DNA of 36,258 nucleotides from a virus (lineage: Duplodnaviria; Caudoviricetes): positions 1 to 36,258 of the IMG/VR virus record IMGVR_UViG_3300037511_000277; one strand, given 5' to 3'. Under the pieces are notes generated by a model. It was not told the origin of the DNA, did no database searches, and was given only the letters and a program-made list of their open reading frames with translations. The number at the start of each line of letters is the position of its first letter. Position 1 is the stretch's first letter. This document shows, one piece after another, positions 1-8,468 of the stretch. Made by a program: the position numbers and the translations under genes.

Positions 1-1965
1 CGGTCCCGGTGGCTGTCCCGGCGGTGCCCCGGGTTGCGGCGGCGGTCCGGGGATGCCCGCGAGTTCCTGCGGCGTCGGTAGCGTGATCCCCAGCTGCTGC
101 AGGATGGCCAGCACCATCGGGTTGCCCAGATCCTCGCCCTTGAACGACAGCGACACCTTCGGCGGCTCGGGGTGCGGCGCCGGCGGCGGCGTGGGCACCA
201 CGATCTTGCCGGGGTCCATGTTGTGGCGCAGCAGAACCGTCTTCAGGAGTTCGGTGCGATTGACGTTCGGGTCGCGACCCAGCAGGTTGTAGAGCGCGAG
301 CGCCTGCCGCCGCTCGACATCGGCATCGATGCGGAGCGCGCTATCGGGCTTCGCGCTGAAGGCATACTCGCCCTGAATTTGGCGCCGGTCCCACGCCTGC
401 AGCGCTTTGACGCCGTCCTGGCCGACGATCTCGACGAAGCCCTGATCGTCCTTGAACTGCTGCAGCAAGCTCGCGAACTTCGCCGCGCCGCGCGTGAACC
501 AGCGCAGCACCGCCGTGCGCTCGGCATCGAGCACGACATCCGCTTCGCCGCGGGCGTTCTGCACCTCGGTCGCCGTGCGCGCCTCGGGCTCGACCTGGCC
601 GACGGCGTTGGGGCCGACGCGCCAGATCATCTTGAAGTCCGACATGCTGATGTCGTTGAACGTAAAGTTCTCGCGCGGGAACTGGCCGACGGACACCGCT
701 TTGACGACTTCGGCGGGGTCGCCGTCGAAGCCGATGGTGCGGCCGACCGTCTGGTCCTCGATCTTCTGCTTCGTCTCGGGGTCGCACTTCTCACGATTGA
801 TGCCGATGAAGGGCATCACGCGATCGCGGAACTGGATCATCTGCGTGCGGCCCTTACTCAGCTCCTCGCTGATGGGCCGCGCGATTTCGACATCGCCGAC
901 GGGGTAGGCACTCCCCGGCAGGAAGCGCAGCGTCAGCGGGTGGATGGGATTCCCCATCATGCCCTTGAGCTTCCCGTCCTGGCCCACGTACTGGTACGGC
1001 GAGTCCTTGTATTCGGCGACGCCGTCGTGGCCGTCGATGAGCACCAGCTTGCGGTACTGGCCCGGGAGGGCCGTCTGGTCGAAGACATCGGCCTGCAGCC
1101 AGATCTCGTAGCCCTCGATTTCCTGAATCGTGGTGTTGCCGGCGGCGCGCCCGGGTTGCTCGTCGCTCGAGAGCGTCTCGCGGAGCTGCGCCTTGACCGC
1201 GCTGAAATCGTCAGGGAGATGGAACGCCGCCTTGGCGTTCTCCAGGTTCATGCGGAAGCGCTGGCCGAGCCACGGCGCGCGGTCGCAGTCGCTCTGTTCG
1301 AACTCCACCGGAATCAACAGGTCCTCGACGGGGAAGCGGTCCCAGCGGTATTCCTCGCCGGCCAGATACTGCTCCTGCTGCGGCTCGCCGGTCATCGGGT
1401 CGATCGCGGGCGCCATTGGGCCAGGCTGGCCCGTCATGGGATCGGGCGGCCCGGGCGCGAGCTTTGGGCGTTTCCGGATGTGCGGCAGGTACGCGATCTT
1501 GCTGGCGCCGATACCGCAGATGAGCGTGTCGGTGAGGATTTCATCGACGCACTGCTTGACGTTGGCGCCGTGGTCGCCGAGTTCGTGATTGAGCGCCGGC
1601 TGAAACACGCTGACCGCCGCTTCGAGGCCGGGAAGCTTCGGCGCGAGATGCACCTCGGGGACCTGGAACGCGAGCTGCGCCTTCTTCGCTTCGACGAAGG
1701 CAAACTCCAGCGGCACGTTGACGACGTGGTCCTTCGGGAGCCGGTCGAGGACGCGGCCCATGTAGGCCGTGGTGTTCTTCTTCCAGGACTTGTCGCGGCG
1801 GTCGTCGATGACGCGCTTGCTGGCGTCCACGCGCTGGCGCCACTGGGCGATCTGCTCCTCGGTGAGAGTCATGCCGGGGGCGGCCGCCGGCGTGGCGGTG
1901 GTGGGCGCGGGCGGCGCCGGAGGCGGCATCGGCGGCGGTCCCGCCGGGGGAACCATGTCCATCAT
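1..1965 (-). CDS. Portal protein, P22-like (3'-truncated by window edge)
   Basis: Not in the ORF track because it has no stop in the window. Manual translation from ATG 1965 (MMDMVPPAGPPP...EEQIAQWRQRVDASKR...RTATEVQNARGEAD...) stays open for 655 codons. It lies directly downstream of terL and has an RTATE motif typical of this portal class. Confidence 0.85.
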   Translation of the reverse strand, partial: MMDMVPPAGPPPMPPPAPPAPTTATPAAAPGMTLTEEQIAQWRQRVDASKRVIDDRRDKSWKKNTTAYMGRVLDRLPKDHVVNVPLEFAFVEAKKAQLAFQVPEVHLAPKLPGLEAAVSVFQPALNHELGDHGANVKQCVDEILTDTLICGIGASKIAYLPHIRKRPKLAPGPPDPMTGQPGPMAPAIDPMTGEPQQEQYLAGEEYRWDRFPVEDLLIPVEFEQSDCDRAPWLGQRFRMNLENAKAAFHLPDDFSAVKAQLRETLSSDEQPGRAAGNTTIQEIEGYEIWLQADVFDQTALPGQYRKLVLIDGHDGVAEYKDSPYQYVGQDGKLKGMMGNPIHPLTLRFLPGSAYPVGDVEIARPISEELSKGRTQMIQFRDRVMPFIGINREKCDPETKQKIEDQTVGRTIGFDGDPAEVVKAVSVGQFPRENFTFNDISMSDFKMIWRVGPNAVGQVEPEARTATEVQNARGEADVVLDAERTAVLRWFTRGAAKFASLLQQFKDDQGFVEIVGQDGVKALQAWDRRQIQGEYAFSAKPDSALRIDADVERRQALALYNLLGRDPNVNRTELLKTVLLRHNMDPGKIVVPTPPPAPHPEPPKVSLSFKGEDLGNPMVLAILQQLGITLPTPQELAGIPGPPPQPGAPPGQPPGP

Positions 1966-2027
1966 CGCGAGGGCTCTTTCTGCTTCGCCGTGTCCATTCT
2001 ACGCTCCATACTGACCGGTTGGTATGT

Positions 2028-3470
2028 TCAATACGCAAACTTCCGCAGGCGCACGTTCCCGGTGCCCAGGACGCGCCGCGTCACGTCATGACTCAGCGAC
2101 TGGCGCATGTGGCCCACCGTCCCAGGCGGGTAGGCCATCTCCACTTGGGCCTCGGGCGGCGCCTGGCGCGAGGTGGCGATGTAGCGCACCACATCCATCG
2201 CGTGATCTTCGGTGTCGGTGTCGATGTCTTCCGGCTTCTGCTCGTCCATCGTCACTTCGCCGAAGGTGCGGATGGTGTAGGCGCAGCGGGGATGCACGCG
2301 CAGGAACGGCTGGCCGTCGGGGCGATTCCGCAGCCAGGCCCGCACCCGCGCCCAGCCGTTGACGCGATCGTTGTCGGCGCGCTCGCACGGCACCCCATGC
2401 TTGCGGAACGTGTCGAAGTAGGTTTCCGCGCTCTCGTGGCCGCGCTGTTCGTCCATCGACGGGTCAGCGTAGGTGCGGCGGATGGTGAGCCCGCGCGCTT
2501 TCGTGCGGCGGGTGATTTCTTCCGCCACTTCGCGCGCAATCAGCCGCGTCCGCGTCGGGCCGTTGAACACGAATTCGTCCTCGATGTCGAGGAACCCGTC
2601 CGGGTGGAAGCACGCCCACAGATACACGCCGGGGCTGTTGTAGCCCCAGTCCAGGCCGCCGACGCGCGGGAAGCTCGCGGGCGCGGGCTCGAATTCCTGC
2701 ACGTGCACGAGGCGGCGGAATTCAGGGAAGAACTGGCCGAGGAAGATGTCCCAGTCGCCATCGCGATACGCGCGCCGCAGTTCCGGCGGCAGGCGATTGA
2801 GCATCTTCATGTACTGCTTCCAGTCGAGGAACGGATTGTCGGACGGCAGCGCCGGGATGTACTCGTAGTCCTCCGGTCGGTAGTCCGGGTCCTCGTCCTC
2901 GGTCACGTCCTTGTCGATCCAGCGCCGCTTGACCCAGCGCGCCGCGCCGCCGGCGGGATTGGTGGCGCCGCCGACCCGCGGCGTCAGGCCGGGGATGGTG
3001 GTGCGGCAGCAGCTCGAAATGGACAAGTACTGGAACTCGGTGAACGTGACGATTTCATCGAAGCTCTGGCGGTCGTACTCGGCGGAGAGGTACTGGTCCA
3101 CGTCCGTCTCGTGCTGGCAGTGCCCGAACTCGATGAGGCTCCCGTTGGGGAAGTAGAGCACGCCGGCGCCGACATCGGAGGGTTTCCATGTCGCGCCCAG
3201 GAGCTGCGCCTCGGCGGGCACGAAGCGGAGGTGCGAGCGCTGCAGGTCTACCAGCTTGCGGCGGACGATGAGCGATTTCATCCCGGGGACGGCGAGTGAG
3301 GGCAGGTAGTGGTCCCAGCGCAGCGCCTTGGATTTCCCGCAGCCGCGGGAGCCGCCGTACAGCGGGTAGGGCGCCTTGGAGTTGTGATAGGCGACCTGCT
3401 TGGCGAACGGCTGGTAGACGACCTTGCCGTTGATGCGGACCTCGCCGCCCTCCAGGAACCCGGTGCTCAT
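2028..3470 (-). CDS. terL: Terminase large subunit
   Basis: Walker A YGGSRGCGKS, Walker B SFDE, coupling motif ATNP, nuclease motifs GLDWG and DHAMDVVRY; 480 aa. Confidence 0.95.
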   Translation of the reverse strand: MSTGFLEGGEVRINGKVVYQPFAKQVAYHNSKAPYPLYGGSRGCGKSKALRWDHYLPSLAVPGMKSLIVRRKLVDLQRSHLRFVPAEAQLLGATWKPSDVGAGVLYFPNGSLIEFGHCQHETDVDQYLSAEYDRQSFDEIVTFTEFQYLSISSCCRTTIPGLTPRVGGATNPAGGAARWVKRRWIDKDVTEDEDPDYRPEDYEYIPALPSDNPFLDWKQYMKMLNRLPPELRRAYRDGDWDIFLGQFFPEFRRLVHVQEFEPAPASFPRVGGLDWGYNSPGVYLWACFHPDGFLDIEDEFVFNGPTRTRLIAREVAEEITRRTKARGLTIRRTYADPSMDEQRGHESAETYFDTFRKHGVPCERADNDRVNGWARVRAWLRNRPDGQPFLRVHPRCAYTIRTFGEVTMDEQKPEDIDTDTEDHAMDVVRYIATSRQAPPEAQVEMAYPPGTVGHMRQSLSHDVTRRVLGTGNVRLRKFAY

Positions 3471-3766
3471 CGGCCTCGTTTCACAGCCTCAGCGATGCGC
3501 CGGTCGTGCGCGACTTCGTGCGCATGCAGTTCCGCCCGCAGCCGTTCGACTTCGGCGAGGAGCGCGGGCACGTCCGTGCGCGCGTGGGCGATGAATGACA
3601 TGTCCTCCGTGCGTGGCCCCTCGAAGGGCGGACCGTGAAGCACGGGCACCCGGTCGTCGCCGGCATAGATCTCGCCCGCCGTCTCCACGTCCTCACCTGC
3701 GGTCCACGGCCCTGGTGTGGCCGCCTCCACCCGTGCCGTGATCGCCTGCCGCTCCTCGTCGGTCAT
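3467..3766 (-). CDS. Phage hypothetical protein (ATPGPW...FIAHARTDVPALLAEVERL type)
   Basis: Restarted at MTDEERQ (ATG 3766, ATGA overlap with upstream stop); motif common in phage small proteins. Confidence 0.8.
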   Translation of the reverse strand: MTDEERQAITARVEAATPGPWTAGEDVETAGEIYAGDDRVPVLHGPPFEGPRTEDMSFIAHARTDVPALLAEVERLRAELHAHEVAHDRRIAEAVKRGR

Positions 3767-4026
3767 CGTTGCCTCCACCGCTCCCGCGCGGCCCGATACA
3801 GCCGCGCCCCCTCCCGCTGCGCCTGCGCCGCCGTCCTCTGGCGCTCCACCACCACCGACCACAGCTCCCCCGCCAGCATCCACCGATACCACGTCCACCG
3901 GGCCTCCCGCGTCACCAGCACCAGCCCCGTCCGCGTCGCCACCACCTCCCGCCCCGCCTCCGGCTCCAGCGCCACACTCCGCGTCACCGTCACCCGCCGA
4001 TCCACCCGCCCAGGCGTCAGGGGCAT
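3763..4026 (-). CDS. Hypothetical protein
   Basis: MPLTPGRV..., 87 aa; TGATG overlap upstream and ATGA overlap downstream. Confidence 0.6.
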   Translation of the reverse strand: MPLTPGRVDRRVTVTRSVALEPEAGREVVATRTGLVLVTREARWTWYRWMLAGELWSVVVERQRTAAQAQREGARLYRAARERWRQR

Positions 4027-4193
4027 CAGATGCCACGGTAGCGAGCTTCGTTCGTCGGCGCGACCGTTGGCTGTGGCGTCCGCTTGACCACAATGCCCGC
4101 CGTGCGCAACGTGCAGCCAGCGGCGAGCTTCACGAGGTCCCACCAGGACAGATGCAGATAGTCACTGTAATGCCCGCTCGTGTGCAGCTTCAT
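4026..4193 (-). CDS. Hypothetical protein
   Basis: MKLHTSG..., 55 aa; ATGA coupling to upstream gene. Confidence 0.55.
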   Translation of the reverse strand: MKLHTSGHYSDYLHLSWWDLVKLAAGCTLRTAGIVVKRTPQPTVAPTNEARYRGI

Positions 4194-4522
4194 CGGCCCT
4201 TCCTCACAAATCCCTCTGGCGTCAGCGCCCAGCCATCGTCCGTGACGTGCCCTTCCAGCACCACCTGCTGATACGCGTCCCACAGCGACAGGTCCGCATC
4301 CGCCCGCATCGCCCGCGCAATGGCCGCCTCGTGCGCCCTGAACCCAGGCCAGCACCGCGCGAACGTCAACCGCGCCGTGGCGTCCTGCACAATCTGCTGC
4401 GACAGCAGCCCATCCAGGTAGTGTCGCCAGGATTCGGTCAGGTAGCCCATCGCCTCCACCTGATCATCACGACACGCCTCCAAGCGCTCCCGTGTCCGCC
4501 GCACCAACTCCTGATAGTCCAT
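4190..4522 (-). CDS. Hypothetical protein
   Basis: 110 aa; purine-rich SD (GGAGAGAGG) upstream. Confidence 0.7.
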   Translation of the reverse strand: MDYQELVRRTRERLEACRDDQVEAMGYLTESWRHYLDGLLSQQIVQDATARLTFARCWPGFRAHEAAIARAMRADADLSLWDAYQQVVLEGHVTDDGWALTPEGFVRKGR

Positions 4523-4692
4523 AGCTGAGCTGCCTACCTCTCTCCGTCAGCACCAAAAAATTACAGGCACTCCGGGCCCGTGCTCGAGGGCCGGGGCCCC
4601 TGGTCCGGGTCGCGCGCCGGGCTGACCCCTCCAGGGCTGGGCTGGGGCGGTTCGCTGCGGCTTCGCGCGCTCCGCTGTCGCGCCACCGACAC

Positions 4693-4720
4693 TACCGTAG
4701 CGTGCGACGTTATGTTAACC
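4693..4720 (+). other. dif-like site (XerD arm only)
   Basis: TTATGTTAACC at 4710-4720 matches 9/11 of the E. coli XerD arm TTATGTTAAAT, in an intergenic region of a GC-rich genome; the XerC-side arm is degenerate. Confidence 0.35.
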
Positions 4721-4743
4721 ACCATCCGTAAGCCTAGCGTATG

Positions 4744-5001
4744 CTAGCACTTAGCCTCACCCTTAGCAGTTGACCTAACCGCCCTTATCGGACGCAGGGG
4801 GGATTCGGCCTGTTCTGGCTGGCTTTCGCTTGGGGCCTGCGGTTTCGCTGGCGAAGGTGTCGGGCTGACGGCGTAGCGCTCAGCCATCAGGCGGCGGTAC
4901 GCACGCGTCTTAACACCCCAGGCTGGCTTGCGATTACTTGATGGGAGGTACGGATCGGCCGCTAAGGCGGGCCTTGAAGAGCCTGCATAAACAGTAGGCA
5001 T
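4744..5001 (-). CDS. Hypothetical protein
   Basis: 85 aa, co-oriented with neighbours, weak SD. Confidence 0.45.
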   Translation of the reverse strand: MPTVYAGSSRPALAADPYLPSSNRKPAWGVKTRAYRRLMAERYAVSPTPSPAKPQAPSESQPEQAESPLRPIRAVRSTAKGEAKC

Positions 5002-5063
5002 GGGGGAATCTCTTGTACAGTACCAGCGCTTGGTACTGGTGCTCGGCCTGCTCGGCCTCGCCT

Positions 5064-5312
5064 CTACTCCTGTGGAGCTACTCCATCCCCCAGCCCCCGG
5101 TTCTTCGGGATTGTAGCACCATCCGTTGTGATGGGGTAGGCCGCATCAGTGGCTCGAAGGGCGTCCATCATGGACTTGGACAGTTGGCGCGCCCACTCCC
5201 GCTCTCGGCCGGGCCCAATACGAGAACCGTAGTTGTTCACACGCCCTGCCAACCGCGTGACGCTGCGTGTGTAGTCGTGACGATTACGCGGGCAGTACTC
5301 CTTCCAGCTCAT
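5064..5312 (-). CDS. Hypothetical protein
   Basis: MSWKEYC..., SD AAGGAG, ATGA overlap. Confidence 0.65.
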   Translation of the reverse strand: MSWKEYCPRNRHDYTRSVTRLAGRVNNYGSRIGPGREREWARQLSKSMMDALRATDAAYPITTDGATIPKNRGLGDGVAPQE

Positions 5313-5503
5313 GTATGAATCTCCTTCATGCGGATAATTCGTGTCCGTAATGCGCAACTGAAGCATTCGCGGTCACTACCTGGGTAGACGAGTTGTCCGT
5401 CCCAAGTCGGGTAGCTATAGCTCCGAAGACATCTCCTGCACACCGCGTTGAGGCGCGCCTTGGTCTTGGCGAACTCGAACACGATGTGTGCAGTCGTAAT
5501 CAT
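5309..5503 (-). CDS. Small putative Zn-binding protein
   Basis: CRRC...CFSC pairs; ATGA overlaps on both sides. Confidence 0.6.
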   Translation of the reverse strand: MITTAHIVFEFAKTKARLNAVCRRCLRSYSYPTWDGQLVYPGSDRECFSCALRTRIIRMKEIHT

Positions 5504-5991
5504 TCGCGCTCCGTACTGCGCGCGTTGGTTGCGACCACATCGAGGGCTGGGGCTGGTGCGCCTTGCGGCAACGGCTCATCGCCTGCGAGCAATGATTTAT
5601 TGCTTGCGAGCTGCACGGGGAGGCCGGGCAGGGTGAAGCCGCTGATTTGGACGGCGATGCCCACGGTGGTCTGTTCGACGGGGGTGGGCTCGGTGACGTG
5701 GAGGCGGTCGAGCATATCGCGGGCGGGGCGGTGATCGCCTTTGCGGGCGGCGATGTCAGAGGCGGTGAGGTAGTCGGTGACGAGGGCGACGGCGCTGGCT
5801 TCGAGCACGGCGCGGGCGTCCTGCAGGGCCTCGCGGACTTGCGAGGGCTGGTAGTTCAGCGCGCGGGCGATTTGGGCGTCACTGAAGTTGCGGTCATGGA
5901 GCGCACGAATCGTGAGGCGGTCGGGGAGGGTGAGGGGCGGGCGGCCGACCGGCTTGGCGCGTTCGATGCGGGGCTGGTCGTCAGCGCCCAT
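5500..5991 (-). CDS. Putative terminase small subunit / HTH DNA-binding protein
   Basis: N-terminal GRPP plus HTH (FSDAQIARALNYQPSQV), helical middle, beta-strand C-terminal part; largest ORF upstream of terL in the same operon. Confidence 0.55.
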   Translation of the reverse strand: MGADDQPRIERAKPVGRPPLTLPDRLTIRALHDRNFSDAQIARALNYQPSQVREALQDARAVLEASAVALVTDYLTASDIAARKGDHRPARDMLDRLHVTEPTPVEQTTVGIAVQISGFTLPGLPVQLASNKSLLAGDEPLPQGAPAPALDVVATNARSTERE

Positions 5992-6190
5992 CGGCTTGCC
6001 TCAGCGCGAAGTCAACATCCGCCGCGCGCTCGTCATCCAAACCACGCGGGCGCTCGACACCGTATCGTGGCGTCGCATACCCCAGCTCCCACGCATCGGC
6101 CATCAGCACGCGTACCTCATCAGCCGTATACAGGCGGTCTGTGGCCTGCGCTCCGGGAGAACTGGCCGTGTTGGGAGAAGACTCAGGCAT
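5981..6190 (-). CDS. Hypothetical protein
   Basis: MPESSPNT..., SD GGAGG, 69 aa. Confidence 0.6.
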   Translation of the reverse strand: MPESSPNTASSPGAQATDRLYTADEVRVLMADAWELGYATPRYGVERPRGLDDERAADVDFALRQADGR

Positions 6191-6359
6191 TCCCACCCTC
6201 CGTAGGTTCCCTCCGAGGGTCACGAGCCACAGGCCGAGCGGGTTCAAGGATCGCGAGGAGCTGTCTCACGCCATGGTCACCGAGGTCGCGATTCAACCAT
6301 GTGATCAGGGTGCCCAGGGTGCGCTCCACGCGCGCAAGACGTTCGTCGATGTCGCTCAT
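6183..6359 (-). CDS. Hypothetical protein (58 aa, below ORF-track cutoff)
   Basis: MSDIDERLARVERTLGTLITWLNRDLGDHGVRQLLAILEP...; overlaps start of next gene. Confidence 0.55.
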   Translation of the reverse strand: MSDIDERLARVERTLGTLITWLNRDLGDHGVRQLLAILEPARPVARDPRREPTEGGNA

Positions 6360-6385
6360 GATGTCTGTCTCAGCCTGATCGGTGT

Positions 6386-6658
6386 GGTCCGTGCGGCCCG
6401 CAGCGCGGGGAACCGAAGCGACGCGCGCGGGGACCGTGTAGCCCGCAGGAGCCTACAGGTGAGAGAAGAGAGCACATCTGATAGCTGCCCCTGAGACGCG
6501 AATGGTGGCGGCCATACCGTCACTACAAAGCAGCTTACCGGCGCCAAACGGCCAGATGTACTCACTACTCCCACCCGCATTGCCTCGTGGAGATGCGGAT
6601 GCGGGACGCGACCCCGCTACACAACGCAGGGCGCGGCACGGCTCACTCAAGCCGGACC
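6386..6658 (-). ncRNA. Candidate structured leader RNA of the late operon
   Basis: Starts at the predicted TSS. 5' GGUCC pairs with 3' GGACC. Nested helices GUGUAGC/GCUACAC, GGUGGGAG/CUCUCACC, GAGUACAUCUG/CAGAUGUGCUC and AGCUGC/GCAGCU have G-U wobbles mostly favouring the minus strand. Confidence 0.55.
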
Positions 6659-6663
6659 GCTGT

Positions 6664-6692
6664 AGTCTGCACCCGCGCCGATCCCCTGTCAA
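6664..6692 (-). promoter_or_regulatory. sigma70-type promoter (putative late promoter)
   Basis: TTGACA (6692-6687), 17 nt, CAGACT (6669-6664); the same -10 occurs in the repressor promoter. Confidence 0.65.
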
Positions 6693-6703
6693 GAAGTTGA
6701 CGA

Positions 6704-7168
6704 TCAGTTGTCGAACCAGAACACGACACGCACATCATCCGGCTCGCCGAACGTACGCAGGCGGTCCAGTTCCTTGAAATACCAATCGCCCAAGAACTCG
6801 CGATACGTGGTCGTCGCCCCGCCACCGGGATCCGCCGTTTCGCCGCCGCTGATGACACCGCTTGGGAGTACTCGCGTGGTGCGCCGGTCCTCGAACTGTT
6901 GGTCATAATCGAAGTCCGCAAGCTCGCGCAGCGACAACCACGAGTGCGTATGCCCGTCCACATCCCAATGCTCTGATTTCTGTCGCACCACGTCGCCTAC
7001 ATCTGCCGGCAACCCGCGCGGCTCCGCCAGCACGGGCACCTTGCTGTAGTTGCGCACGTTGGCGAGGAACCCGAACAGCCCGTAGTTGCGGCAGTCGAAC
7101 GCATCGCCCTCGCAGTTCCAGCCACCGTTTCGTTTCACCTCGACGTACGCGTGAATGTCACAACCCAT
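6704..7168 (-). CDS. Conserved phage hypothetical protein (MGCDIH...RNY.LF..LA.VRN...VFWFDN type)
   Basis: SD GAGGAGG before ATG 7168; recognisable phage small-protein motif. Confidence 0.85.
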   Translation of the reverse strand: MGCDIHAYVEVKRNGGWNCEGDAFDCRNYGLFGFLANVRNYSKVPVLAEPRGLPADVGDVVRQKSEHWDVDGHTHSWLSLRELADFDYDQQFEDRRTTRVLPSGVISGGETADPGGGATTTYREFLGDWYFKELDRLRTFGEPDDVRVVFWFDN

Positions 7169-7178
7169 CTTCGCCTCC

Positions 7179-7400
7179 TCACAGTCCAAACCCCCGCGGC
7201 GTCCGATGCAGCACCGGGGGCCGCGCCACACTGCCATCGGGGAACACCGTCACCTTGAGCGTGCGCACCGTTCCCCGGCGCGTCACCGTCCAGATGCTGA
7301 CCGCCACGTCCCGCGCCACCGCTTCTGTCTGCGCCAGGCGCTTGGCCTTCGCCCACCCCCGCACCGCGCGCCTCAGGGGGCCGACTTCGTAGGTGTGCAT
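7179..7400 (-). CDS. Hypothetical protein
   Basis: 73 aa, fits gene spacing. Confidence 0.5.
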   Translation of the reverse strand: MHTYEVGPLRRAVRGWAKAKRLAQTEAVARDVAVSIWTVTRRGTVRTLKVTVFPDGSVARPPVLHRTPRGFGL

Positions 7401-7515
7401 GCCGGCTGCTCGGTCGCGATGGGCTGGGGGTCATGAAGTGTGCAGCCCCAACTATCGCGACTGCTGGATACGTCCATCCCGCAGACCTCTAGATCGCCAA
7501 TTACTGGTCGGCCAT

Positions 7516-7806
7516 TTAGGGCCGCTCCTTCGGGAGATCTGATGGCGCCGGATTAGGCTTCCACCAGTCTTCGAACGCATCCAGGGCGGCGCATGCTCGT
7601 TCTTCCGTCTTCCCCGATGGAGGATCGAACACCCAAACGCCGGTTGAGGTCTGTCGCGCGAAGAACCCGCACAAGAAAGAGTGCGCATCAATGTGATACG
7701 CGTCGGCGCGGTCAGCACGCAGCCGTTCCAGCGCTTCATTTCTCTGTTGGACAATGGCTTCCTTCTCGAATGCTGCCGTGATGGGACTATTCCGCCGCTT
7801 CTCCAT
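7516..7806 (-). CDS. Hypothetical protein
   Basis: SD AAGGAG; abuts upstream stop. Confidence 0.65.
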   Translation of the reverse strand: MEKRRNSPITAAFEKEAIVQQRNEALERLRADRADAYHIDAHSFLCGFFARQTSTGVWVFDPPSGKTEERACAALDAFEDWWKPNPAPSDLPKERP

Positions 7807-8187
7807 CTAGCTCGTCTCCTTCAGGGACTCTGAGGTCGTCCGGTTGCTTCTCGGGATGGCATCCCATTGCTCCCGTAGATCATTCCGTTCCTGCGTCATC
7901 TGCGCGATCTGCTCGCGTAGGGACTGGGCCTCAACCGATAAAACGTTTCGTTCGTCCTCGGCCTTGTCGCGCAGCGCGGCCTCACCGTCACGTTGACGCA
8001 AGAGGCGAGCGATCTCATCGGCCTGGTTCCTTACGAGCGCCTCCCGCACTTCCGACTGCTCGCGTAGGGCTTGGGTGGCGGATTCCGCGAACTGCTTCAG
8101 TTCAGGGACGAGAACATCTCGTGGCGTGAGACGCATATGAAGTCTGCCTGCCGCCTGTTCTACGAGTTGGTTGAGACTGTCGCTCAT
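7807..8187 (-). CDS. Coiled-coil hypothetical protein
   Basis: MSDSLNQ... restarted at ATGA overlap; heptad-rich. Confidence 0.7.
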   Translation of the reverse strand: MSDSLNQLVEQAAGRLHMRLTPRDVLVPELKQFAESATQALREQSEVREALVRNQADEIARLLRQRDGEAALRDKAEDERNVLSVEAQSLREQIAQMTQERNDLREQWDAIPRSNRTTSESLKETS

Positions 8188-8468
8188 CGCATGGCCTCCA
8201 GCGCCTGCTCGGCGCTCTCCACCACCACCACCGGCAGATGCGCGCGCCACGCCGCATGCCAGCGCACTTCGTCCGCCGTCAGCTGCCGCTTGCTCGGGGG
8301 CTGCGCGCCGTCCTTCACCTCGACGAGCCACACCTTGCCGTGCTTCGCGACGAGGAGATCCGGACAGCCGTCGCCGATGGCCGCAAGGCTCTGCACCTGC
8401 GCGCCGGCTTTCCGCAGCGCCTCGACGATGGCGGTGTGATTGCGATCGACGCGGGCACGACGACGCAT
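8184..8468 (-). CDS. VRR-NUC / PD-(D/E)XK nuclease (possible junction resolvase)
   Basis: GCPDLL...LVEVK...LT..E..W motif. Confidence 0.85.
   Translation of the reverse strand: MRRRARVDRNHTAIVEALRKAGAQVQSLAAIGDGCPDLLVAKHGKVWLVEVKDGAQPPSKRQLTADEVRWHAAWRAHLPVVVVESAEQALEAMR

Noticed and set aside
172-2091. 639-aa plus-strand ORF (and similar long plus-strand ORFs at 2019-3299, 25139-26503, 32106-33251, 34783-36075)
   Set aside because: Codon-register antisense shadows of real minus-strand genes in high-GC DNA; no protein motifs
3717-4271. Pro/Ala-rich plus-strand ORF and its Gly-rich antisense extension (3767-4093)
   Set aside because: Artefacts of the local C-rich skew; the overlap-coupled minus-strand ORFs explain the region better
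4554-4581. Possible intrinsic terminator on the minus strand (ACGGGC/GCCUGU followed by AAUUUUUU)
   Set aside because: Short stem with a G-U pair and a gap before the U-tract; too weak to call
5018-5038. 8-bp inverted repeat CAGTACCA/TGGTACTG
   Set aside because: No U-tract or promoter context, and only loose similarity to the 2007-2026 dyad; function unsupported
5626-5930. KOPS-like GGGNAGGG octamers near the dif-like site
   Set aside because: They point away from the site and are expected by chance in this G-rich stretch
7401-7515. Possible stop-codon read-through or recoded ORF (MADQ*LAI*...)
   Set aside because: No recognisable protein, and TAA/TAG/TGA all act as normal stops elsewhere in the window
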